A stretch of DNA of 64,000 nt from Candidatus Krumholzibacteriia bacterium (GTDB taxonomy: Bacteria; Krumholzibacteriota; Krumholzibacteriia; Krumholzibacteriales; Krumholzibacteriaceae). The notes under the pieces are model-generated. The model saw only the letters and a list, made by a program, of their open reading frames with translations, searched no databases and was not told the DNA's origin. The position numbers and the translations under genes are program-made. The stretch lies in contig CAWIIQ010000001.1 of NCBI GenBank assembly GCA_963836185.1, positions 1,049,424 to 1,113,423 on the forward strand. Direction: 5' to 3'. The number at the start of each line of letters is the position of its first letter. The first letter of the stretch is position 1. This document shows, one piece after another, positions 43,998 through 53,646 of the stretch.

Positions 43998-44593
43998 ATG
44001 AAAAGGCTATCTGCGGTCATATTCTTACTATTGCTGATGACGTCCGCTAGCGTACTTGCTGACTCGGTACAATTTACCATACGAGTTCATCGAGACGTTG
44101 AGGATATCTCTGCGCTAGAGGTGAAAACCTTTGAGATCATTTCGGGGGGACTATTCCCAGAAACTGAACTAGAAACAGAGATGAAGGAGAAGATTCGAGC
44201 ACGGATCGAGTCTACTGGATTAGTCTATGATCCTTCAAAGAAGGACCTCTTTGTTGGTGTTATCTTTGTTGGCTTCTCCGAGCATGGGAACAAGCTACCT
44301 GGATTGGAAGATTGGCCAAGTCAAACCCATGGATCTGTTGATTCAGCTTATGCGCTTCTAACTGCAGAATCTGAGAATACAGAAGGGCAAGGTGCATGGA
44401 GGTCCATCCAAATCCACATTCTTGCACCACCTATCAGGAAGTTCCGGTTCGGATCTGGACGGGCTCGGTTACATACGATGGATTAGAGACCGATACTGAT
44501 AAACTGGCAAATGTGATGTTGGAACAATTACTTCTTGAATATCCCGTGCCATCTGGAAAGCCAGAGTTGCGAGAAGTGATATTAAGTGAATAG
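43998..44593 (+). CDS. cassette 1: secreted hypothetical protein, frameshifted (ORFs 43998..44486 and 44396..44593)
   Basis: Signal peptide MKRLSAVIFLLLLMTSASVLA. Two overlapping frames both look protein-like. Confidence 0.4.
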
Positions 44594-44610
44594 TGGAGGG
44601 GTGTCACGTC

Positions 44611-44752
44611 ACATAACAGAGTGTTCGCGGCTGCAGGCCTTCGGCCTTTCGCATAGATGGCCTTTGTCACGGCGGCCGCAGAAGCGCCCGCCGCGCCAAC
44701 CGGGCCTGAGGGCCCGGACGGCCACCTCGCGAACACGACCAATGTTATTCGC
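44611..44752 (+). repeat. attC site 2 (type A)
   Basis: Near-identical to site 1. Ends GTTATTC. Confidence 0.8.
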
Positions 44753-44777
44753 CACCTAACCTTGCAAAGGAGATAAT

Positions 44778-44945
44778 GTGGATGTATTGAAAATGTTGCT
44801 TCCTTTCGGGATTGCCTTTTTAGTGTTCTTAGCTATAAGGGAAGTAATGTGCTGGTACTTCAGAATTAACAATATGCTCAATATGCTCAATAGTATTGAT
44901 ACCAGTTTAAAAAGAATGTCGGGAAGGACAGACAGTTCTTCTTAA
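44778..44945 (+). CDS. cassette 2: small (55 aa) hydrophobic protein
   Basis: Not in table (<60 aa). VDVLKMLLPFGIAFLVFLAIREVMCWYFRINNMLNMLNSIDTSLKRMSGRTDSSS. GTG or internal ATG start. Confidence 0.3.
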   Translation: MDVLKMLLPFGIAFLVFLAIREVMCWYFRINNMLNMLNSIDTSLKRMSGRTDSSS

Positions 44946-44976
44946 GACAATACAATTGATTTTACGGTTAGGCGGC

Positions 44977-45117
44977 GTATAACAGTGTGTTCGCGGCTGC
45001 AGGCCTTCGGCCTTTCGCTAAGATGGCCTTTGTCACGGCGGCCGCTAGAGCGCCCGCCGCGCCAACCGGGCCTGGCGGCCCGGACGGCCACCTCGCGAAC
45101 ACGACCAATGTTATCTG
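44977..45117 (+). repeat. attC site 3 (type A)
   Basis: gtATAACAGtgtgttcgcgg ... caatGTTATCt. Confidence 0.8.
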
Positions 45118-45194
45118 AAACCACACCTTATCGTGGTATAATTCAGCGTTGCGTGGATTCTGGCCACAAGACACTGTGCCCCAAGGATGATGAG

Positions 45195-47132
45195 ATGAAG
45201 AGCAAGAACCTCACAAGAGTACTGATCGCCTGCCTATTTATCATGATCTCTAACGAAATATCTGCTCAATGGTATGACTTGGGGAATCCTGTGTTCATTG
45301 ACCCGGGGATGTTTCAGGACACACACATTTCTTACGATGGCAATGGAGGCCTGTTCTTTACGTGGTGCGATTGGAGAAACGGGGGAGCCCCTTATCAGGC
45401 GGATGTCTATGCACAATATGTGAATGCTGACGGAATAGCACAATTCGGACTGTCGGGGATGCCAATCGATACGATCAGCGGCAATCAGTACAAGGCTAAT
45501 GTTTCATATGTGGGAGGGGATTGCGCGGTGATTGTATGGTCGGACCTGATGGATGGATATAAATTGCGAGCTCAGCGCATTAATTCCGAAGGAATGGTAT
45601 TCTGGGGAGACAGAGGTGTGGATGTATCAGAACAGTCAGGAATGGGAGAAGTCGCATCAGTGATTCCAGATATTAATGGAGGAGCCATAATATCCTGGAG
45701 AAATTTTTATGTTTGGATTCAACGGCTGGATTCACTGGGCAATCGGATGTGGGGGGAGGACGGAATAAGAATTAACAATATTGGGGACACTGTTGGCAGT
45801 GCTCCTGCAATTGTGAGTGATGGGGCGGGAGGCGCAATAATCGTATGGTCAGACTATCGCTCTGGGAGCATGACGCATGACATATATGCTCAACGTGTTA
45901 ACTCAAACGGGGATGAGTTATGGACAGACGGGGGATTGCCGATTAACAACAATGAAGGAGCTCAAACTCAACCCTCAATAGTGTTTGACGGAAATAACTC
46001 CTTTATCAGTTGGTTTAACAATACATGGGACATCGGTGTTCAGAAAATAGATCACGATGGTAATCTCTTATGGAATGTTAATGGAGTATATATTAGTCCA
46101 ATAGAGCCCAGACCTAAGTATCGAGCCATGGCTGCCGATAATCATGGAGGTGTGATTGCCGCTTGGGAAGATTTTAGGAATACGAGTTCAACTGAATCTG
46201 ATATTTACGCTCAGCGGATTCGCTCAGATGGGGAGATTGCATGGGATATAGATGGTATTGCGATTTACATTGGTGGAGGGGATCATCAACAGCCAGCAAT
46301 TTCTACCACATCATCAGGCGATGCTATCATTGTTTGGACTAATTATTATGGAATTTACGCACAACGAGTGGATACCAGCGGAGCAATATATTGGCCAGAA
46401 TACGGTGAAAACATTTCAAGAGGGCCAGGGTGCCAACACTGGCCACTTATCCAGAACATCGATGACAAAGAATTATTCGTTGTGTGGAATAAGAATGAGA
46501 ATGATGCATGTTATGGAAACGACGATTTATATGTTCAAAAGATTGATCTTGAAGGACACATTGTAGGCACATTTCTAGATCAGGCCGAATGGTATTGTGT
46601 CTCTGATGAAATATGTTTGAAATGGTCGATTGTCTTATCCGCAAATAATCTTGAATTCATTATACTGCGCACATTAAGCGGAGAGCATAAGTACAGAGAA
46701 GTTGGCCGGATTATTGGATTCGAACGTCAATCCGAATTTTGCTATATTGATAGCACATGTAAACTTGGGGAAAAGTACATATATCGTGTTATCGCTTCCA
46801 TGGAAGATGATGAGATGTTGCTTTTTGAAACTACAACAATCCTGATGCCAAATCTAAAGTATGTTCTTCATCAGAATTATCCGAATCCGTTCAATCCAAT
46901 AACCAAAATCTCATACAGTCTGCCAAAACAGTGCATCGTCAGCTTAAAGATATACGATATTATGGGAAAAGAGATTGTATGCCTTGTTAACAATCAATTG
47001 CAGCAAGGTGAACAGGTAATACATTGGGATGGTAAAAACCACTTCGGAGATCTTGTTTCTTCCGGAACATATTTTTGCAAGCTTTTTGCTGGAAAACAGA
47101 CAAAAGTAATTAAATTGATATGTCTGAGATGA
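45195..47132 (+). CDS. cassette 3: secreted repeat (beta-propeller-like) protein with T9SS C-terminal sorting domain
   Basis: Signal peptide MKSKNLTRVLIACLFIMISNEISAQ. About 8 repeats of ...GGAIIxWxD...IYAQRxNxxG.... C-terminal QNYPNPFNPITKISYSLP...IHWDGKNHFGDLVSSGTYFCKL = T9SS CTD. The table ORF start at 44985 lies inside attC 3 and is rejected. Confidence 0.7.
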   Translation: MKSKNLTRVLIACLFIMISNEISAQWYDLGNPVFIDPGMFQDTHISYDGNGGLFFTWCDWRNGGAPYQADVYAQYVNADGIAQFGLSGMPIDTISGNQYKANVSYVGGDCAVIVWSDLMDGYKLRAQRINSEGMVFWGDRGVDVSEQSGMGEVASVIPDINGGAIISWRNFYVWIQRLDSLGNRMWGEDGIRINNIGDTVGSAPAIVSDGAGGAIIVWSDYRSGSMTHDIYAQRVNSNGDELWTDGGLPINNNEGAQTQPSIVFDGNNSFISWFNNTWDIGVQKIDHDGNLLWNVNGVYISPIEPRPKYRAMAADNHGGVIAAWEDFRNTSSTESDIYAQRIRSDGEIAWDIDGIAIYIGGGDHQQPAISTTSSGDAIIVWTNYYGIYAQRVDTSGAIYWPEYGENISRGPGCQHWPLIQNIDDKELFVVWNKNENDACYGNDDLYVQKIDLEGHIVGTFLDQAEWYCVSDEICLKWSIVLSANNLEFIILRTLSGEHKYREVGRIIGFERQSEFCYIDSTCKLGEKYIYRVIASMEDDEMLLFETTTILMPNLKYVLHQNYPNPFNPITKISYSLPKQCIVSLKIYDIMGKEIVCLVNNQLQQGEQVIHWDGKNHFGDLVSSGTYFCKLFAGKQTKVIKLICLR

Positions 47133-47179
47133 TTATATACTCAATTTGAGCACTATACTTATAAGTCAGGTGTGGCTTC

Positions 47180-47321
47180 AGATAACAGAGTGTTCGCGGC
47201 TACAGGCCTTCGGCCCTTCGCTCAGATGGCCTTTGTCACGGCGGCCGCTAGAGCGCCCGCCGCGCCAACCGGGCCTGGCGGCCCGGACGGCCACCTCGCG
47301 AACACGACCAATGTTATCCGA
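47180..47321 (+). repeat. attC site 4 (type A)
   Basis: gATAACAGagtgttcgcgg ... caatGTTATCCg. Confidence 0.8.
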
Positions 47322-47539
47322 CATCTTATTGAAGCTTAAAGAGGTGAAATTGCTATGAAAATGATGAAGCCAATTGTTGTTCTGATAGTACTGATACTCC
47401 TGTTCTCGGTCGCAAAGTATGTCAGAGTTCAAGCATTTCATATTAGAAAGTGAGAGCAAGGTTGAGCTTCCTAATTATTTTTATGATGACCTAGAGCCAT
47501 ACGTTACAACAATAGATCGCCAGCATTCTGACAAAGAGG

Positions 47540-47986
47540 ATGATTCGCCTTGCTGAATCTGTTTATCCACCAAGAAGGAAGATGCTTGAGAAGCATCCAG
47601 GTTTGCCAGAAGAAATGGTAGCAGATTCACTGTGGGTGGCTGAAGAGCACGGCGATTTAAAAATACCCTACACACTAACTGCGAGTGCAGTTCGGTACTA
47701 TATTGATCTGATGAAGAGGTACGAAAAGAAGGACGAAACGCTCGATAGTATCCCGAAAAATGCAAAGTTAACATATAAAGCAGACATGCACGGTCCATCA
47801 ACTTTCATTATTAATGGTGAATTGTATGAAAATGTTAAGGTTGTAACCCTTGAGTTAAGCTGGTCCACCTATACTAATGCTTTGAATGCTGGAGGATTCA
47901 GTATTGTCAAGTTTGTGATTTTCGACAGGGAGAAGAATATTCTGGGTGTGTTTGGGGATGGATTCCCTGGAGAATGGGCGTCATGA
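47540..47986 (+). CDS. cassette 4: hypothetical protein (148 aa)
   Basis: Table ORF. No recognised domain. A 32-aa hydrophobic mini-ORF (47355..47453) precedes it. Confidence 0.45.
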   Translation: MIRLAESVYPPRRKMLEKHPGLPEEMVADSLWVAEEHGDLKIPYTLTASAVRYYIDLMKRYEKKDETLDSIPKNAKLTYKADMHGPSTFIINGELYENVKVVTLELSWSTYTNALNAGGFSIVKFVIFDREKNILGVFGDGFPGEWAS

Positions 47987-48014
47987 ACATTGGGAATATC
48001 CAATAGAAGACGTC

Positions 48015-48155
48015 GGATAACAGAGTGTTCGCGGCTGCAGGCCTTCGGCCTTCGCTCAGATGGCCTTTGTCACGGCGGCCGCTGGAGCGCCCGCCGCGCC
48101 AACCGGGCCTGGCGGCCCGGACGGCCACCTCGCGAACACGACCAATGTTATTCGC
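48015..48155 (+). repeat. attC site 5 (type A)
   Basis: ggATAACAGagtgttcgcgg ... caatGTTATTCg. Confidence 0.8.
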
Positions 48156-48559
48156 CATGTGGCAGATGAATAAATTTAACTTCGATTTCTTCTTATTTTT
48201 TAGGACTCTTCTTTCCCCGCAGTACAGCCCCATCCAGCCTCAGGGTGACTTCCGGAGTCTCTAAAGCCTGATCGATCCAGTACCTCATATTTTCTCCGAT
48301 GTTAAGGCCTAGACTCGTGCCGTAACGGGCCTGAGGGTGGCTTGCGGCTGAGACTGAGATCCTCGATCCTGAGGTTTTAAGGGGCCGAGATTGGTAGGGG
48401 AGAGCTCGTAAGGAACTTGCTTTCAACGATCGGGGCAATTCAGCGTACGACTTCGGGTCGCGCTGTCGCATCTTTATCAGCCAAGGGTTGGCTGAAAGAC
48501 TATTGAACCGGAGAGATTAAAGGATTAGATTTATAGGTGAGGGGTGATCTAGTATGAAT
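48156..48559 (+). other. cassette 5: ORF-less conserved element, copy 1 (candidate structured RNA / mobile 5' leader)
   Basis: About 404 bp between attC 5 and attC 6. Shares long conserved blocks with 51800..52215. Ends in SD-like aggtgagggg + ATG reading into attC 6. Confidence 0.5.
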
Positions 48560-48675
48560 TCCACACGGCGTATAACAGAGGTGTTCGCGGCTGCGCATGT
48601 CACCCGGCCTGCAGAGCACGCCGGGCGCCAATGCTTCGCGTACACCGCCTGCGGCGGCGTCGCGAACACTCACAA
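48560..48675 (+). repeat. attC site 6 (type B variant, ~116 bp)
   Basis: Same R''/L'' (tATAACAGaggtgttcgcgg) and L'/R' (cgcgaacactcacaatGTTATAC) but a different central region. Confidence 0.75.
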
Positions 48676-48740
48676 TGTTATACGATAAATGCCCTTATTC
48701 CTTTGACATATTCAATTCTACATAGATAGAATCTCCATAC

Positions 48741-51639
48741 ATGTTAGGGGAAACAATCTCACATTATGAAATTCTCGAGAAGCTCGGCGAGGGCGGGATG
48801 GGCGTAGTCTACCGCGCCCGTGACACGAAGCTCGACCGCGAGGTGGCTATCAAGCTCCTGCCCCCGCACCTGAGCTCCGATCCCGAGGCGGTAAAGAGGT
48901 TCGTCCATGAGGCGAAGACCGCCTCGGCCCTGAACCACTCCGCTATAGGCGTCATCCACGAGATAGACGAGACGGATGACGGCCAGACGTTCATCGCAAT
49001 GGCCCTCTACGAGGGGGGACTCTCAGGGAGAAGCATCGACAGCGGCAGCATGACATCTAGGCGAAGCAGTAACCATAGCCTCCCAGATAGCCTCGGGTCT
49101 CGACCAGGGCCCACGAGAAGGGGATAGTCCACAGGGACATCAAGCCGCAGAACATACTTCTGACCAGAGACGGCGAGGCGAAGATAATCGACTTCGGCCT
49201 AGCGAAGCTCGCCGGAAGGACGAAGCTGACGAGGGACGGGAGTACGCTCGGCACTGCCGCCTACATGTCCCCCGAGCAGGCGAGGGGAGAAGAGGTCGAT
49301 CACCGTTCGGACATCTTCTCTCTCGGGACGATCCTGTACGAGATGCTCGCCGGTGAGCCACCATTCAAGGGGGAGCACGAGGCGGCGTTGCTCTACGGGA
49401 TAGTGCACGAGGAGCATGAAGAGATATCGGAGAAGTGCGGGGGCATAGCACCGGAATTGTGCAATGTGGTCGGAAAGACGCTGAAGAAGGAAAAGGAAGC
49501 AAGGTATCAGAACGCGGCGGACCTGAAAGCTGAATTGAAGAGGTCGAGCACCGGCAGTGTCGATGAGGGCGGACCGAGGGATACGAAGGACGCTGGAAGA
49601 GGTAAAGGGTTCTGGATAGGCATTGCGGCGGTCACCGTGACACTCACAACTGCCGTACTTCTCGTAATGACCGGACGTGAGCCGGCGCCGCTTACCGCTT
49701 CGGAGATGACTCTCGCTGTGGTTGATTTTAATGACCTAGCAACAGAACCGGATCCTATAAAATCCAAGACGATTACAGAGCTGCTAAATACCTCCCTGGG
49801 AGATTTCTGTCCGATACGCGTTCAGAGCCCGGAACGAGTAAGGGAATGTCGAAGACAGCTTTTCGGTTCAACTGAAGCGCAGATAGAGGAAGGGCAGGAA
49901 CTGGAGATCGCGCGCAGGAGCGAAGCGACCTATTTGCTTACTGGCAGCATCAGTGTCGTTGGCAACGACGGTTTTATCTCTTGGAGGCTCATAGATGTAC
50001 TAAGTGGGACTATCATCAAGGCCGGAACAGTCGAACCAGGTGAGATGATGGCAGTAGTTGATAAGATCGTGGAGGTCGTATTGCCGGAGATCGCAGAAGC
50101 TTCGGGAGTTGAGCAGACTGCAGAGCAGGTTTCCGTGGCACAATCTCGACATCTTCACAGCAGGCGTTTGAGCATTACGTTAGGGGTAAGATAAATCATG
50201 ACAGCGATCGTCCAGTCGAAGCACTCGATGAATACACGAAAGCTGTCGGATTAGATTCCAGTTTTGCTCTTGCCTGGTTTGCTATGTCTAGACTCTACTA
50301 TGGTGCCATGATGATTAGGTATGATCCGGCACTTTATAATAAATACAATGAGCTTGCCTTAAGGTATGAATCCAGGATGGGCACCAAGGAGAGGATGCAG
50401 CTTCGTGCTATTAATCTTGGAGGAGTCAAAACGATAGAAAAACTCAAGGAAATCCTCGAGCTCTGGCCTGATGACCGCGAGACGCTGCAGATGCTCGTCC
50501 TCAGAACCCACTATAATTGGATGCAAAAAGAATGTATCGAGTACTCTCGAATCGGATTGACGCTATACCCGGAAGACCAGGTTTTCGGAGGAAGTATCTA
50601 TATCACATCTCTTAATAATTTGGGTCTAAGCCAAGAAGCGATGAAGGCGTCCAGAGAATTTATCAGAAAATATCCTGACGATTCGGCAGCTTGGCGTTCT
50701 CTTGCCGAGACATTTGTGGTCATGGGGCAACCGGACAGTGCCGAGGCGATCTGCAGAATAATTTTGGAGAAATATCCTGAAGGCAGCCAGAATGCAGAGG
50801 CAAGGCGGATGATAGCACGATGTGCATATCTTGCAGGCGATCTAGATGAATCGATTTCAAGGTATGATAGATTATTGTCAGACGCGAACCTGGATGAATC
50901 TACTCGTCAGGAGATTCTTTCTAACTATACTCACATTATAGATCTTACTTATGTATATCGAGAAGCTGGCCGCTACTACGACGCCTTGCGGACCTTGAAT
51001 GAGGCAAGACCGTACTTCGGCAACCGACCTGATCGCTGGGAATTACAAATGGGCTATCTGCTAGTAGATATTGGCAGGAACAAGAATGCGTTGAAACTCG
51101 CTGAAGAGATGCTTGCATCAGATAATATGCCAATGCAGAGGTATGCCAGACGATTCATGGGCAAGGCGCAAGTTAATAATGGTGATATCCAAGGTGCTCA
51201 GGAAACTGTATCGATACTGGATGGACTTGGCATAGTCAGGGGACCTATCTACAAGTACCATTCATTTTTCACTCAGGCATATATTGCATTGGCAAGGAAT
51301 GATGCTTCAGTGTCTCTAAAGCATCTTGATGATGCGGCCCAGATAGTGGGCTTCTCATACTGCATGTTCGGAATCGAGCTGAAGACATTGCAGGCGGAGG
51401 CGAACAGACTGGCAGGGGACCTGGAGGCGGCAGCCTCGATCCATGAAGAACTGCTGAGGATTCATGGCGGACATGCATTGTCACACTTCGAACTCGGTAA
51501 ACTGTATGAGGCAATGAGAAGAACGGACGAGGCAAAACTGCACTATAATAGATTCCTAGAGATGTGGAATAACGCTGATGATGGATTACCTCAACCTGCA
51601 CTCGCGAGGGAGAGACTGACAGCGCTTAAAGGTGTTTAA
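48741..51639 (+). pseudogene. cassette 6: degraded Ser/Thr protein kinase fused to a TPR domain (at least 3 frameshifts between 49010 and 49140)
   Basis: Kinase subdomains [27 protein letters not shown] and SPEQ are present but spread over three frames. The C-terminal TPR region (50284..51639) is intact in one frame and contiguous with the kinase region in sequence. Confidence 0.55.
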
Positions 51640-51658
51640 ATAGAGCAGGGCTTTCATC

Positions 51659-51799
51659 GCATAACAGTGTGTTCGCGGCTACAGGCCTTCGGCCCTTCGC
51701 TCAGATGGCCTTTGTCACGGCAGCCGCAGGGCGACTGCCGCGCCAACCGGGCCTTGAGGCCCGGACGGCCACCTCGCGAACACGACCAATGTTATCCGC
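51659..51799 (+). repeat. attC site 7 (type A)
   Basis: cATAACAGtgtgttcgcgg ... caatGTTATCCg. Confidence 0.8.
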
Positions 51800-52215
51800 T
51801 ATGTGGCAGCTGATTGAATTTATCTTCGATCTTTTCTTTTTATTGGGACCCTTCTTCCCGCCCATCCCAACCATTACCAGCCGGAGGTCGACTTCCGAGA
51901 GTCTCTAGAGCTAGTTCTGCAAGGTGACGAGTCCAACCCCTGTAAGAATAATGCCTCTATAGATGATCCGGCCTGAGGGTGGCTTGCGAGGCGCGACTGA
52001 GATCCTCGGGTCAAGAGGCTTTAAGGGCCGAAATAGGGGTAGGGGAGCGATCGTCAGGGACTTGCTATCATCGGTCTGAGGCAGGTTCATCTCTCGACTT
52101 CGGGAGGCGCAGTCGCAGTTCTATCAACGGGTCAACGCCGAAAGACTATTGAAAGTTCGAGATTAACGGTATAGATTTAGAGGTGAGGGGTGCCTATATA
52201 TGAATTCCACACAGC
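51800..52215 (+). other. cassette 7: ORF-less conserved element, copy 2
   Basis: Collinear with 48156..48559 (blocks ...atgtggcag..ttcgat..ttctt..., ggcctgagggtggcttgcg, gactgagatcctcg, cgacttcggg, aaagactattgaa, gagattaa.gg.atagattta.aggtgaggggtg...atgaattccacac). No conserved ORF on either strand. Confidence 0.5.
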
Positions 52216-52346
52216 GGATAACAGCAGTGTTCGCGGCTACGGGCCTTGAGGCCCTCGCTCAGATGGCCTTTACCGGCCTTTGGCGCGCCGGCCAACCGGG
52301 CCTGAGGCCCGACGACCAACTCGTTAACATGACCACTGTTATGGAG
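52216..52346 (+). repeat. attC site 8 (degenerate type A)
   Basis: ggATAACAGcagtgttcgcgg ... ctcgttaacatgaccactGTTATGG. L' arm mutated. ATG of the next gene lies inside R'. Confidence 0.65.
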
Positions 52347-52868
52347 GGACGTTTTAGAAAATGTAACATACGAATCATTCTGGTTGTTCTCGTCTTAACT
52401 TCAGCTCTTATATCCTGTGGAGAGGATAGCTGTGAGTGCCCTACACCTAATCCTATTGAATACACCAGCGTTGTGTTCTACTACAAAGATCATCCATATT
52501 GCTATTCAAGTACTGCTGGATTAGAGGTAGAGCTTTATGTCGGTGATGAACTCATAGGGTATTGGCATTATGGCTCTAATCCAGCAGATCCAAATCTAGA
52601 TTATCCTAATTCGCAACCTTTTCCGGTTGAGCTCGGAAGTGCCTTGAACCTTGAATTCAGGTATTGGGATAAATCAGGTCATGAGATGAGAGACACAGCA
52701 AATCTCATCATGGATGATGAAGATTGCACTTACGTCAGTTTCTTTGCCGACATAGAAAATCCCTGCCTGGGTGCTGAGTTATGTGATAGTTGTATTGTTT
52801 TTGAGATCGATGAAAACATGAAGTGTGAGGGTGCTGATTCAATCTATGTCGCTGTAGTGACTAATTGA
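52341..52868 (+). CDS. cassette 8: Cys-rich lipoprotein
   Basis: MEGRFRKCNIRIILVVLVLTSALISCGEDSCEC.... The ORF is also open upstream through attC 8 to the ATG at 52200 of the conserved element. Confidence 0.55.
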   Translation: MEGRFRKCNIRIILVVLVLTSALISCGEDSCECPTPNPIEYTSVVFYYKDHPYCYSSTAGLEVELYVGDELIGYWHYGSNPADPNLDYPNSQPFPVELGSALNLEFRYWDKSGHEMRDTANLIMDDEDCTYVSFFADIENPCLGAELCDSCIVFEIDENMKCEGADSIYVAVVTN

Positions 52869-52881
52869 TGGAGACAGCGGC

Positions 52882-53024
52882 ATATAACAGTGTGTTCGCG
52901 GCTACGGGCCTTGCGGCCCTTCGCTCAGATGGCCTTTGTCACGGCGGCCGCAGAAGCGCCCGCCGCGCCAACCGGGCCTGGCGGCCCGGACGGCCACCTC
53001 GCGAACACGACCAATGTTATCCGC
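52882..53024 (+). repeat. attC site 9 (type A)
   Basis: catATAACAGtgtgttcgcgg ... caatGTTATCCg. Confidence 0.8.
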
Positions 53025-53038
53025 AAGCGTATTATGAT

Positions 53039-53434
53039 ATGAACAAGTTCCCAGCAATATTTTTTTTGTCACTCCTTCTGGCTTCCTGCCGAGATCCTTT
53101 CGCGCATGAATGGGAAAACTTATATCAGCTCAGCGCAGATCAGATTATTCTACCCGATACTGCTCAAATATTTCAACCGATGCAGGTCAAAGTGCAGGTT
53201 ACTTTAGATACATCTAATCATAATTACAAAGACCAATATATCGAAACAACACCAGATGGCTATCTGATAGTGCTGATTGGTGTAATAGAAGATACGAGAT
53301 TTCCAGATAATGACCCGGATCCCAGAACAGAATGGCATTCTTTTAACCTTATCCCATTTAAGAAAGGAGAAGTAATCATTGAGGGGAAACGAGTCAATTC
53401 AGAGAATCTTATTGATTCAGTGTATGTTCAGTAG
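53039..53434 (+). CDS. cassette 9: lipoprotein, 'EWHxF' family member 1
   Basis: MNKFPAIFFLSLLLASCRDP... contains ...PDT...TEWHSFNLIP.... Paralogous to 54398..54760 and 54947..55336. Confidence 0.6.
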   Translation: MNKFPAIFFLSLLLASCRDPFAHEWENLYQLSADQIILPDTAQIFQPMQVKVQVTLDTSNHNYKDQYIETTPDGYLIVLIGVIEDTRFPDNDPDPRTEWHSFNLIPFKKGEVIIEGKRVNSENLIDSVYVQ

Positions 53435-53447
53435 TGGGCACGCCTGC

Positions 53448-53589
53448 GCATAACAGAGTGTTCGCGGCTACGGCCTTCGGCCTTTCGCTCAGATGGCCTT
53501 TGTCACGGCGGCCGCTGGAGCGCCCGCCGCGCCAACCGGACTTGGCGGCCCCGGACGGCCACCTCGAAAACACGACCAACGTTATACGA
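53448..53589 (+). repeat. attC site 10 (type A)
   Basis: gcATAACAGagtgttcgcgg ... ctcgaaaacacgaccaacGTTATAC. Confidence 0.8.
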
Positions 53590-53646
53590 AAGGCCGGGAA
53601 GCGATAAAAAAGAACCTTGACAGATATGCATATATGATGCATACTG

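Noticed and set aside
44985-45194. Table start of the T9SS cassette protein at 44985 inside attC 3
   Set aside because: The first 70 codons are the repeat peptide shared with other attC read-throughs. ATG 45195 begins a canonical signal peptide.
48156-48559. Group IIC-attC intron, T-box leader or known riboswitch as identity of the conserved ORF-less element
   Set aside because: No reverse-transcriptase ORF and no recognisable domain V or IBS/EBS for a group II intron. AGGGTGG is present but the rest of the T-box consensus, specifier structure and terminator/antiterminator are not evident. No match by eye to B12, SAM, lysine, glmS or c-di-GMP motifs. Left as an unclassified candidate RNA/leader.
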